Shown: positions 18,906 through 27,603, counted from the first letter of the stretch. The stretch is 35,428 nt of DNA from a virus (IMGVR_UViG_2923360383_000002); one strand, 5' to 3'. The notes: generated by a model from the letters alone, not told the origin. A program made the numbers and translations.

Positions 18906-20663
18906 TCACAGAATTAACAGGTCCTCATCAGGATCAAGCGTGGACAGAAAGTCATTCACGCCCCCGCCATTTACCAGAAAGCGGCTCATGGCTGTAAAAA
19001 GCGCAACAGGGCCGTCGATTTTGGCTTCCGGCGTGGATTTATTCGGGAAGATGTTGTCGTTTTTGTCCGGTTTTACAGTAACGTTAGACATCATCCAGTT
19101 CATGACCGGATGATTGCTGTGATGGAAACGCCCGGCATAAACCAGTGATTCCGTTTCCTTCATGGCCTCTGACAGATTGCGGACCGTCTGCGGAACCTCC
19201 ACCAGCGGTATCCCTTCTTCAGCCAGTGCCAGACTGAACTGCATTGCGCTCCACGGGTCAAATCCCAGTTCCCTGAGGTTTTCACCGCCAATCCATTCCA
19301 GTAAGTCACTTTTTATCTGAGCATGATCGATAACATCACCATCCGTCAGGATGAGCTTATCCATCTCCGCCCACTTCCGGTAAAGTTCTGCCTGCTGCCG
19401 CGAGCATCGTTCCAGCCGTCCTTCCGGAAGCCAGAATTTAAAATCAGCATGAACATGTCCGTTATCGGTTCGCCAGAGTTTTGCCGCCGCACAGATATCA
19501 ATCTTATGAGCAAGGTCGACGCCGACCCACATGGGATATGTTTTCAGCTCATGTTGTGGAGCAATGTATTCGCACTTCTCCCACTTAATCATATCCATCC
19601 AGGCAGATTCGGCAGTGACCCACACATTCATGTGTTTGGTAAAAAAATTCACCCGCGCAGAGACCTGCTCCTTCGCTTTTTTCGCCAGACGACGCAGATC
19701 ATCCCAGCGTTTACAGATGCCCAGGCCAGGATTCGCTTTCTGCCAGACCGTTTCATCAAACGGATCATCTCCCTCATCAAGCGTGTAAATGATCGCAAAG
19801 TAAGAGTCGTCTTTTACAGCGCCCTCCACGTCGCTGTTATAGCCTCGCAATACCTTGATGGCGTAATCACGCTGCTCGTAACAAATCCCTTCCTTGTTAA
19901 AGCCAGCCGTGGTGATACCAAATAACAGGGACTGCAGACGGGCACCGGTTGCCGTTTCCAGAACGTCCCACACGTCGCGGGTTTTATGTGCATGCAGCTC
20001 ATCAATAATGGCGCAGTGGATGTTCAGACCGTCCAGGTTGTTTGCATCCGAGGAAAGCGGTTCAAATTTTGATGCGCTCTGCTCCTGGTAAATCGCCAGC
20101 TTGTTGAAATCAAACAACCGCCCGAGTGTCGACCGGGCTTTTCTGACCATATTTTTGGCGTCTTCAAACACGATTCTGGCCTGGTCACGCGTGGTTGCGG
20201 CTGAATACACCTCAGCTCCGCCTTCACTATCTGCCCCCGTCATATACAGGCCGATACCCGATGACAGGGTTGATTTTGCGTTTTTACGGGCGACTTCGTT
20301 GTACGCCGTCCGGAACCGGCGCACCATCACCGGACGTCCGCTGCCATCGCTGCGCATGACAACTTCCCCGGTTTCTTCATTGACCAGCGGAATGACAAAA
20401 CCAAAAATATTAATGAGGATAAATACATGCCAGTCCATCAACTCAATGGGCTGGCCTGCCAGTGCCCCTTTTACATGAGGCACAAATTTGTAGAAATTCA
20501 GGATGTGCTGCGCACGGGGTTCACTGAAATAAATCCCCCGCTTTTCGCCGTACTTCAGATCATCAAGAAAACGCTGGCAGGCCAGGCGGACAAATTCGCC
20601 AGCAACAATTTCTCCTGCAACAACACGTTCGGCGTAGCGGATCCCGTCAGCCACTTTTGCCAT
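18906..20663 (-). CDS. Terminase large subunit
   Basis: 585-aa protein following the small subunit; stop/start overlap with TerS at 20663. Confidence 0.9.
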   Translation of the reverse strand: MAKVADGIRYAERVVAGEIVAGEFVRLACQRFLDDLKYGEKRGIYFSEPRAQHILNFYKFVPHVKGALAGQPIELMDWHVFILINIFGFVIPLVNEETGEVVMRSDGSGRPVMVRRFRTAYNEVARKNAKSTLSSGIGLYMTGADSEGGAEVYSAATTRDQARIVFEDAKNMVRKARSTLGRLFDFNKLAIYQEQSASKFEPLSSDANNLDGLNIHCAIIDELHAHKTRDVWDVLETATGARLQSLLFGITTAGFNKEGICYEQRDYAIKVLRGYNSDVEGAVKDDSYFAIIYTLDEGDDPFDETVWQKANPGLGICKRWDDLRRLAKKAKEQVSARVNFFTKHMNVWVTAESAWMDMIKWEKCEYIAPQHELKTYPMWVGVDLAHKIDICAAAKLWRTDNGHVHADFKFWLPEGRLERCSRQQAELYRKWAEMDKLILTDGDVIDHAQIKSDLLEWIGGENLRELGFDPWSAMQFSLALAEEGIPLVEVPQTVRNLSEAMKETESLVYAGRFHHSNHPVMNWMMSNVTVKPDKNDNIFPNKSTPEAKIDGPVALFTAMSRFLVNGGGVNDFLSTLDPDEDLLIL

Positions 20664-21145
20664 CAGTCTCTCGCTTTTAAAAGCTCTGCCAGCGGATCAA
20701 CATTATCCGGTCCGGCGGTATTTACTTTTGCCCGGCTTGCCGGTGACATACCAAATTCTGCAAGCATCGCCCGGATCCGCTTCCAGGCATCCGCTTTCAT
20801 CGCAGCAGCCGGGTGTGCCTTAATCAGCACATCACCGTTCTGCGTTTTCGAGCGGTAGGTGTACCCCTCAACATCGAGTGTTTCGCAGTGATGCCGGTAT
20901 TCGGTATAGGCTTCCACCAGTAGCTCAAGCGCACGCGCATCAAGCTGAGAAATGATCCCTTCCGCATTCAGCTCTTCCGCCATTCGCCTGAACCAGTACT
21001 TCCCCTGCGCCCCTAAATGTTGCGGAATTTTAGGGAGACCTTTTTCATCCTTTTTAGCGGTTTTTTTGAGGTCTTTAACTGGCCGCTTTGAGGGGTTGCC
21101 TCGTATCAAATGCAGGCGTGGCGGGGTTTTCGGGGGTCCAGACAT
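20663..21145 (-). CDS. Terminase small subunit
   Basis: 160-aa basic protein immediately upstream of TerL and downstream of the HNH gene. Confidence 0.75.
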   Translation of the reverse strand: MSGPPKTPPRLHLIRGNPSKRPVKDLKKTAKKDEKGLPKIPQHLGAQGKYWFRRMAEELNAEGIISQLDARALELLVEAYTEYRHHCETLDVEGYTYRSKTQNGDVLIKAHPAAAMKADAWKRIRAMLAEFGMSPASRAKVNTAGPDNVDPLAELLKARD

Positions 21146-21292
21146 AATCGGTTTTACCTATCAATCATTTAATCACATTCCAAAAAAAAGTTTTCGAACC
21201 TGCGGCGATGCGAGGAAAGGTCAGGCGGCGGTACTGAACAGCCAGGGTTGCAGAGATTTGACCCGCCCCTCCCCTGCAGATGGGAGCTGTTA

Positions 21293-21643
21293 TCAATTGA
21301 TGCGTTCGCGCGCTGTTTTTGCTTTATGACAGGGCCAGCACAGACTCTGCAGGTTACTGTCTGCATCCGTGCCACCATGAGCTTTCGGAATGATGTGGTC
21401 CACAGTTCTGGCTTCAACGGCTCTCCCATTGCGCAGGCAGTTCTGACACAGATGATTATCACGCTTCAGTATGCGCGCACGTATGGCATCCCATTTCGAG
21501 CCATAGCCACGCTGGTGGCGGCTCAGTCCGCGTTGATGCTGTACCCATCCTTCGCCACGATGTTTATCGCAGTAACCAGAACTGTCTGTGGTTGTACCTG
21601 CACATCCACGCTTACGGCAGGCGCGTGGGATTAGTGCTGGCAT
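21293..21643 (-). CDS. HNH endonuclease (packaging-associated, HK97 gp74-like)
   Basis: Cys-rich zinc-finger-like N-terminus plus DHIIPKAHGGTDADSNLQSLCWPCH HNH motif. Confidence 0.85.
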   Translation of the reverse strand: MPALIPRACRKRGCAGTTTDSSGYCDKHRGEGWVQHQRGLSRHQRGYGSKWDAIRARILKRDNHLCQNCLRNGRAVEARTVDHIIPKAHGGTDADSNLQSLCWPCHKAKTARERIN

Positions 21644-21781
21644 GTTTCGCCCTTATATAAATCAAAGGTGACCTGCATTGAGTATCTCCATGGAATAGAT
21701 TTGCTGCTGATATGAGACAGATCAATAGACTTCATGAGCCAACGGGTGTAGATATTACTTTTTACTTCAGAGGGTTAACTC

Positions 21782-22321
21782 ATGGATATTAAAGATAAAA
21801 TCAATACCATTTTGTTATGTGACATTGCCATCCACCTAGGTATCGAAACTGATATTGATCCACAGCTTGTTAAATATGCTGTGTCATCTGGTAATGATTG
21901 GGTTATCAAGGCCGAATATTCACATTTGGATGTTGACGAACCAAGTAAAGAAGATCGTGATTTTGTTACTGCTGTCTTGAATATGTATCGCGGACTTTCC
22001 AATGCTTTCAGGAAACTTAGTGATGACGAGCAAAAAGAATTAGTCCGTGACCATCATCTAAAAATACATGATGGGGCAATTCAGCTCCCAGGTTTCGACG
22101 GTAATAATGAATGCGATTACTTCAGTATCATTGAGGCATATCAGAAAATTGATCGCTTCCCCGAACAGAAACAGCCCATTGCCAATACTCATTCACGTAC
22201 AGAACATCTCTATAACGCAATGCTTGATGAGTTTAAGAAAATTGACGCTGTAAATCGAAGCTGGGATTTATCGAAGGAAGAACTGGCATCCATTCTTTCC
22301 ACAGCTCCACGCAGTTTCTAA
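21782..22321 (+). CDS. Hypothetical protein, possibly YfbU-family-like; plus-strand cargo gene between lysis and packaging modules
   Basis: ATG with AGAGGG RBS; AT-rich; weak pattern resemblance to YfbU family (recollection only). Confidence 0.4.
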   Translation: MDIKDKINTILLCDIAIHLGIETDIDPQLVKYAVSSGNDWVIKAEYSHLDVDEPSKEDRDFVTAVLNMYRGLSNAFRKLSDDEQKELVRDHHLKIHDGAIQLPGFDGNNECDYFSIIEAYQKIDRFPEQKQPIANTHSRTEHLYNAMLDEFKKIDAVNRSWDLSKEELASILSTAPRSF

Positions 22322-22326
22322 GTGCT

Positions 22327-22593
22327 TTAGGCGGGTTTCCAACCCGCCTTATTATGCTCGTATATAGAGAAGGAAGCACCCAAATTAACCAGCGCGGATT
22401 TCTTTTCCTCAATACGGCTGTTAAGTTCAGCAACTGCATGCGGGCGTATGGCCTCAAGAAAAGCACTATATTGATAGGCAGACTGGATTGTCACACCAAG
22501 CCCTGCACCACTTTCCAGTATACCTTTCTGTCGCTGTAGCTCTTTCATCTCGTTATAGATGTAATGTGCGTTACTTAGGTTTTCTACGTTCAC
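22327..22593 (-). CDS. Hypothetical protein (88 aa) downstream of Rz
   Basis: ORF begins with GTG at 22593 (alternative ATG at 22548); convergent with the 21782-22321 gene. Confidence 0.35.
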   Translation of the reverse strand: MNVENLSNAHYIYNEMKELQRQKGILESGAGLGVTIQSAYQYSAFLEAIRPHAVAELNSRIEEKKSALVNLGASFSIYEHNKAGWKPA

Positions 22594-22748
22594 GCCCTAA
22601 GTTCTTCCTGCAGTTAGCCTGCACTGATTTGTTATGCGCCAATATGTCCCGCTTCGTCTGTTGCATTATCATAAGTAATAGCGTAGGTTGACACCTTGGC
22701 TCTCTTTCGCCACCGGCGAATCTTTAGCGGATTATCCTTGGCCGGTTT

Positions 22749-23231
22749 TTATCTGAGACATTGCTCACGAATGTATAGCTGTGCCCCTTCCAGTTGCTTC
22801 TGCATCGTCATCAACCGTTCTCTGAGGGTGAAATAATCCCGTTCAGCTGTGTCTGCCAGTCTGGGGCTGGTTGCATTATCCACGCTGGTGGGTCCGGTGG
22901 CTTCACGCACGGCTGCGGAGCAACTGGCATTGACCCGCAGGCGCTTACGACCAGCGGCAACATCAGCGCGCAGAGTTTCATTTTCAGCTTTCGCATTGGC
23001 TAATTCTCTCGAGTACTTTGCATCGAGCGCAGCAACATCACGCTGACGCTGCTGCATGTCAGCGATGGTGGCGGTCAGCTGCTTCAGCTCACTGACTTTT
23101 TTATCACGCTGTTCTTTGTAGGTGATGGCGTTATCACGGTAATGATTGACCGCCCACGACAGGCAGACGATGATGCAGATAACCAGAGCATAAATAATCG
23201 CGGCGACTCTGCTCACTGATCTATTCCCCAA
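22749..23231 (-). CDS. Rz: Spanin inner-membrane subunit Rz
   Basis: [30 protein letters not shown] and [16 protein letters not shown] match lambda Rz. Confidence 0.9.
   Translation of the reverse strand: MGNRSVSRVAAIIYALVICIIVCLSWAVNHYRDNAITYKEQRDKKVSELKQLTATIADMQQRQRDVAALDAKYSRELANAKAENETLRADVAAGRKRLRVNASCSAAVREATGPTSVDNATSPRLADTAERDYFTLRERLMTMQKQLEGAQLYIREQCLR
22811..22996 (-). CDS. Rz1: Spanin outer-membrane lipoprotein Rz1 (embedded in Rz, +1 frame)
   Basis: Lipobox LVVSAC and proline-rich [30 protein letters not shown], as in lambda Rz1. Confidence 0.85.
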   Translation of the reverse strand: MRKLKMKLCALMLPLVVSACGSMPVAPQPCVKPPDPPAWIMQPAPDWQTQLNGIISPSENG

Positions 23232-23746
23232 CAGGCTAATGCGCTTTCTTGGTCACGACGAATAACCTGTCCATAGCAGTTATTTGAACGTATGCGGCAA
23301 TCGCGCCCACCATCTTTTATCCACCAGCGAATCGCCTCGCATGCGCCCTTACGATCACCAGCATTCAGCCGCTTATAAAACGTCGATGGAAAACACTTAC
23401 CGGGGCCAATGTTATAGGGACAAAATGACGCGATACCCGCTTTTTGTGGTTCGGTCAGTGGTACTTTAATATTGCGCTCCACCCATGCCAGCGCCTTATC
23501 ACGCTCAATGGCGTTGACCTGGTCGCATTTTTCCTTCGACAGTTTCATACCGGGAAAAACGGGTTTTCCATCCACCATCGTGGCACCCCGACAGATGGTC
23601 CAGATGCCGGAACCATCGCGGTATGCCGTTGTGTGGTTACCTTCTTTTTCATCCAGAAACTGGTCGAGAATATCAGGCGCGGGCGCACCGACGGCAATCA
23701 GTGCCAGAACGGCAGCCGACAGGCCGTATCTGATTTTTGCGTTCAT
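23213..23746 (-). CDS. SAR endolysin (T4-lysozyme-type, phage 21 R-like)
   Basis: N-terminal signal-anchor-release helix ([14 protein letters not shown]) and catalytic E-x8-D-x5-T triad ([16 protein letters not shown]). Confidence 0.85.
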   Translation of the reverse strand: MNAKIRYGLSAAVLALIAVGAPAPDILDQFLDEKEGNHTTAYRDGSGIWTICRGATMVDGKPVFPGMKLSKEKCDQVNAIERDKALAWVERNIKVPLTEPQKAGIASFCPYNIGPGKCFPSTFYKRLNAGDRKGACEAIRWWIKDGGRDCRIRSNNCYGQVIRRDQESALACWGIDQ

Positions 23747-23809
23747 GGATATTTATCAGGATTTATCGGTTTCTGCCCACGGACAGGTTTATCTGTTCCG
23801 GTCAGTGAC

Positions 23810-24160
23810 TTAAGGTTGTGATTCCGGAGGAGTCTTCAGAGAACCAGTAATTCTTCCTGGTAGCTTTCCTTTGTAGGTTATCCACACATTCTGCGCCTCT
23901 AAAATTACGGGGCGCGTTTCTGGCAACAGCTCGTCCCCTTCACATAACCCGGCAGCAACATCCAGGAAGACCTGTCTGATGCTCCTTCTGGCTGCTGCCT
24001 CATAAAACTCCAGCGCGGCACCTTCAACACGGTCCAGCGAGATGTCCAGGTCAAAAATTTCACCGTCAAAGCGTTTTTTGTCCCGTAACGCTAAAGTTAC
24101 CGTAACTTTATTCTCAAAATTGCGGATCCCTTTCACAATCAGTTCATAGTTTTGAGTCAT
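23810..24160 (-). CDS. Hypothetical protein (116 aa) inserted between holin and endolysin
   Basis: Own GGGGAGAG RBS 4 nt after the holin stop; no recognisable family. Confidence 0.5.
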   Translation of the reverse strand: MTQNYELIVKGIRNFENKVTVTLALRDKKRFDGEIFDLDISLDRVEGAALEFYEAAARRSIRQVFLDVAAGLCEGDELLPETRPVILEAQNVWITYKGKLPGRITGSLKTPPESQP

Positions 24161-24164
24161 TGAA

Positions 24165-24380
24165 TTACTCTCCCCGTGCAGCCTTACGCTTGTCTTCTCT
24201 GATTTTGAAGTACAGATTTGTCAGATAAGTCAGGAAGCCCAGAACCAGACTCCCCAGTACACCAATCGCAGCCCACTGTGACGGACTGACCTGATCAAGC
24301 CACTGTAAAAACCAGTAGCCAGCACTGCCTGCGGAGGTGCCGTAGGCAATGCCCGTTGAAATTTTGTCCATGGATTTCAT
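24165..24380 (-). CDS. Pinholin, phage 21 S-type (class II holin with dual start)
   Basis: [63 protein letters not shown] is essentially the S21 sequence; GGAGGTG RBS. Confidence 0.9.
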   Translation of the reverse strand: MKSMDKISTGIAYGTSAGSAGYWFLQWLDQVSPSQWAAIGVLGSLVLGFLTYLTNLYFKIREDKRKAARGE

Positions 24381-24671
24381 AGCCTCACCTCCGCAAATAA
24401 CGGATGGCGTAGTTTTACACTGAGAAATGAAAGGGATTTGAAAAGAAAAAACCGCAAAAACGGGCGAAACGATATATACAGTAAGGAAAGCACTCTATCC
24501 AACAAACCACCCACAGTTAATCGGAATAAAAGCAGAGTGCTTATGAATGATCGCCTGCCCGAAGGTTAGTATTTCTGCACAGCAATTTTGCAAAAAAAGC
24601 GATCATTCATAACTTAAACGTCTTTCAGTCACTCCGGGATTTCCCATCATCGCAGACTGAAAGACTCTAAC

Positions 24672-24746
<75 letters not shown>

Positions 24747-24749
24747 ATA

Positions 24750-24825
<76 letters not shown>

Positions 24826-24827
24826 AC

Positions 24828-24904
24828 TGGACCGCCACCGGGGACTCGAACCTCGCACACTCAACTTAAAGGGTTGACGCTCTTTCCTGATGAGCTAGTG
24901 GCGG
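24828..24904 (-). tRNA. tRNA-like gene; anticodon UUU (Lys) by position, with atypical C33 and mismatches - possibly divergent or a pseudo-tRNA
   Basis: 7-bp acceptor stem (CCGCCAC/GTGGCGG), TTCGAGT T-loop, CCA end; anticodon loop CCTTTAA; T-stem has one mismatch. Confidence 0.45.
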
Positions 24905-24905
24905 T

Positions 24906-24981
24906 TGGTGGCCCTTGCTGGATTTGAACCAGCGACCTGGCGATTATGAGTCGCTCGCTCTCACCACTGAGCTAAAGGGCC
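24906..24981 (-). tRNA. tRNA with CAU anticodon, ileX-like (Ile2 if lysidine-modified, otherwise Met)
   Basis: GGCCCTTTAGCTCAGTGGTGAGAGCGAGCGACTCATAATCGCCAGGTCGCTGGTTCAAATCCAGCAAGGGCCACCA; resembles E. coli ileX more than elongator Met. Confidence 0.8.
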
Positions 24982-24990
24982 GGGCGCAGG

Positions 24991-25019
24991 ATAATAACGT
25001 TACGAAATCAATGTTGCAA
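24991..25019 (-). promoter_or_regulatory. Candidate sigma70 promoter for the tRNA cluster
   Basis: On the minus strand, TTGCAA, 17-nt spacer, TATTAT, ending about 9 nt before the first tRNA 5' end. Confidence 0.4.
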
Positions 25020-25277
25020 GCATTCAAAAATCACCTGGTTAAAAATCACCCTTACCTCCTCCACCAGCGCATTCACCATAATTATCAGAGATAAACGACA
25101 AAAAAACGCACGGCAGCGGTTTTAAGCTGTATGCCGAAGTGACCACTCTTAACACAATAAACAAGAAAATGCGGACCGCGTTAGTGATTTTATCTTCTTT
25201 TCTAGGTAAATTAAGTCTCTACAAATTTAGCCATCAACAAGATATGCATTAATCAATGAGGCATAGCAAGGACCGTC

Positions 25278-26159
25278 ATGGAGAAGTCAACTTCCTTTAA
25301 GGTGTTTTATGACGCCAATGATAAAGAATTGTCAAAGCATGCTATTGACGCTGAAACACTTGGTAAATCAATACTTTCCATGACAACTCTTATTAATAAA
25401 GCTGATAGCTTGTTAAATGAGGGCAACAAATCTGTAAAAATTTTAGTCACTGCCCCCATCCAGAAAGGATCTGTGGGTATTGCATATACTGTAGTGCAAC
25501 TCCTACCGCATGCAATTGACGTTCTGCAAACTATCGGGATTGTTGGAACTGTGGGCGCAACAGCTCATGCCACCGCTTTATCGTTAATAAGACAATTAGG
25601 CTCAAAAAAAGTTGTTTCGATTACCAAAAAAGCAGGAACAGATAAGGCTGTTCTTGAATTTGAAGATGGTGAGATTGAATGCTCATCAGCAGTTGCAACC
25701 TTGGTAACTGAGCCAACAATTCGGGATGCGTTGATTTCTGTTGTTCAGGCTCCTTTAGATGGTAAAGACTCTCCCATTTTTAAAATTGTAGATGAGAATG
25801 ATAAAGTTTTGCTCAAGCTTGAAGGAGAGCAAACTGAAGAGATTAAACCCCTTCCCAGAGGGACGCTTTTGACCAAAACAGTTGAAGAAAAAGAGGTTAA
25901 TGTAAAATTTACCCAAGTTAACTTTCATAGTGAGAAGGGGTGGAGGATGGACTACAACCAAGATGAGCACTCCGTACTACTTACAGACTATGAGTTTTTA
26001 GCTAAAGTAAGGCAAGCAGAGGGAACGATCACTAGTGAAGATATGTTTTCTGTGCTTCTAGAAACAACACGTACAACTTCCGCACGAGGACAAACAGAAA
26101 AGTATGTTATCAAGAAAGTACTTCGTCATCGCGTGATTCAAGGGAAAAAATTGATCTAG
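25278..26159 (+). CDS. Hypothetical soluble protein (293 aa), first gene of the plus-strand cargo operon
   Basis: ATG with AAGGA RBS; AT-rich codon usage unlike flanking phage genes; no Walker or other motif recognised. Confidence 0.6.
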   Translation: MEKSTSFKVFYDANDKELSKHAIDAETLGKSILSMTTLINKADSLLNEGNKSVKILVTAPIQKGSVGIAYTVVQLLPHAIDVLQTIGIVGTVGATAHATALSLIRQLGSKKVVSITKKAGTDKAVLEFEDGEIECSSAVATLVTEPTIRDALISVVQAPLDGKDSPIFKIVDENDKVLLKLEGEQTEEIKPLPRGTLLTKTVEEKEVNVKFTQVNFHSEKGWRMDYNQDEHSVLLTDYEFLAKVRQAEGTITSEDMFSVLLETTRTTSARGQTEKYVIKKVLRHRVIQGKKLI

Positions 26160-26174
26160 CTTTGGTAGAAACTA

Positions 26175-26438
26175 ATGATTCAGCAACAGCTTTTACAAAT
26201 CGTTTTTTGGTTGGGGGTGCTTGTAAGTCTCCCGACCTTCTATCGCTTTGTTTATGCTGGTTCCGCGTTGTTGTGGCGTAAAATTTTTCCTACAAAAATC
26301 GTAGAACTAAGGTTTTACAGTGCTGAACGCATGCTTGAAAAAACGATTACTATCCACTTAGATGCTAAAGATGGAAAGAAGATCGTTGAGCTAATTGATG
26401 ATGCAACCGCGCACAGGCAGTCAAATAATGAGCGGTGA
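26175..26438 (+). CDS. Hypothetical small membrane protein (87 aa, one N-terminal hydrophobic helix)
   Basis: Starts 16 nt after the ORF A stop; hydrophobic segment LLQIVFWLGVLVSLPTFY. Confidence 0.5.
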   Translation: MIQQQLLQIVFWLGVLVSLPTFYRFVYAGSALLWRKIFPTKIVELRFYSAERMLEKTITIHLDAKDGKKIVELIDDATAHRQSNNER

Positions 26439-26826
26439 TAAAAAAAGCATTTTAAGTAGTAATTCTGGTCTAACAACAGGCGGGATTGGCGCAGTTCTAA
26501 CTACATTGGTACCACTATTGGCGCCTGACCCTAATAGTGAATGGAGAGCTTTTTTGTATGCCCTCGCCCCATTAGTGTCAGCAATGCTAACCTACATTAT
26601 GTTGTATGTTATCAATCGACATGGACTTGAGTCTCCAGCCGAAGCCGCCCTAAGAAATCGCCTTGAGCGAGATTTAAAAGGTATTGATGAGCAACTGAAA
26701 AGCCCTCATCTAAGCGAGAAATTTAAAGCTGAGCTTATTGCTGATCGGGAAGAAACTGTTAGAAAGATTGTTAACATTGGTAAGAATGTAGAAGTTTTAC
26801 CTATTGAAGTTACTAAAGAAGAATAA
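26398..26826 (+). CDS. Hypothetical membrane protein (about 132-142 aa, two hydrophobic helices plus charged C-terminal region)
   Basis: Overlaps the ORF B 3' end (alternative starts ATG 26398 or ATG 26428); hydrophobic segments GIGAVLTTLVPLLAP and AFLYALAPLVSAMLTYIMLYVI. Confidence 0.5.
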   Translation: MMQPRTGSQIMSGDKKSILSSNSGLTTGGIGAVLTTLVPLLAPDPNSEWRAFLYALAPLVSAMLTYIMLYVINRHGLESPAEAALRNRLERDLKGIDEQLKSPHLSEKFKAELIADREETVRKIVNIGKNVEVLPIEVTKEE

Positions 26827-26845
26827 AACGGCCCTTAGGCCGTTT
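26825..26845. terminator. Hairpin between the convergent plus-strand operon and the Q gene (likely bidirectional terminator)
   Basis: AAAACGGCC-ctta-GGCCGTTT; T-rich on the minus-strand side (TTTTATTCTTC). Confidence 0.55.
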
Positions 26846-26861
26846 AGAATATTCAAGAGGT

Positions 26862-27230
26862 TCACAATTCCATCTCGAGACGAACATCAAGCATTGAGAG
26901 ACAGCCATCGATAAAGCCCTCTGCCATCTGGATCTCTATCCGTATCAATTTCTCATCTTTTTTACGTGCCTTTGCAATCTTCCGTTTCGAGATGCCGTAT
27001 AGGTAATGAGCCACAATCAGAGAATGTTCGTACGGTTTTTTCTTTTTTAGTAAAGCAAGGCAGCTCTCAATGATAAGAGCGTCATCGTCTGTACAAGAAA
27101 TTCGTGTTTTACTTATCTGCGGCATAAGCCCCTTAAAACCAGCTGCTATAGGTGAATAGTCTACCCCAGAGCTATCACTCGCAGCCCATGCCCCCCACCG
27201 CTCAAGAACCATCTGAATATCACGCACCAT
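26862..27230 (-). CDS. Late-gene antiterminator Q (DLP12 QuuD-like family)
   Basis: MVRDIQMVLERWGAWAA...IAAGFKGL...AEGFIDGCLSMLDVRLEMEL resembles the QuuD-type Q protein as I recall it. Confidence 0.8.
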   Translation of the reverse strand: MVRDIQMVLERWGAWAASDSSGVDYSPIAAGFKGLMPQISKTRISCTDDDALIIESCLALLKKKKPYEHSLIVAHYLYGISKRKIAKARKKDEKLIRIEIQMAEGFIDGCLSMLDVRLEMEL

Positions 27231-27591
27231 CTTTACTATCTCTTATTACGTAAATCTTCACGCCCAACCGACCACCAGGAACGAGCTGACCGCGCACAAT
27301 ATTGATTTCATCAAACTGCTCGTCGTCTATAAGTAGTCCGGCATGCGTCAGCGCATCCAGTGGTGCTTTCAGGATATTGTCCAGGTCACGACGGCGCTTA
27401 TCCGGTGGCTCTGCAATCACCTTTATCGCCAGCCTTCCGGACAGGTTTGATTTTAACCGCTGCCGGCGAACAATTAGCGCCACATCACGGCGATAACGCT
27501 CACCGACTTTTGATACAAAATATGTGTTGCCACGACGTCGCCAGTAAGTATTCACCGTCGGCGGATAAGGCAAAACAAACTCAATACGCAT
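27220..27591 (-). CDS. rusA: Holliday junction resolvase RusA
   Basis: RusA-like motifs (RRRDLDNILKAPLDALTHAGLLIDDEQ); start taken at ATG 27591 with AAGAGG RBS. Confidence 0.85.
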   Translation of the reverse strand: MRIEFVLPYPPTVNTYWRRRGNTYFVSKVGERYRRDVALIVRRQRLKSNLSGRLAIKVIAEPPDKRRRDLDNILKAPLDALTHAGLLIDDEQFDEINIVRGQLVPGGRLGVKIYVIRDSKDGA

Positions 27592-27603
27592 CAATAACCT
27601 CTT

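Noticed and set aside
24468-24484. LexA-box-like sequence CGATATATACAGTA upstream of the holin
   Set aside because: Only one CTGT/ACAG half-site is present; the partner half of the SOS-box palindrome is absent.
25755-25970. 71-aa minus-strand ORF
   Set aside because: Internal antisense ORF within island ORF A; no RBS.
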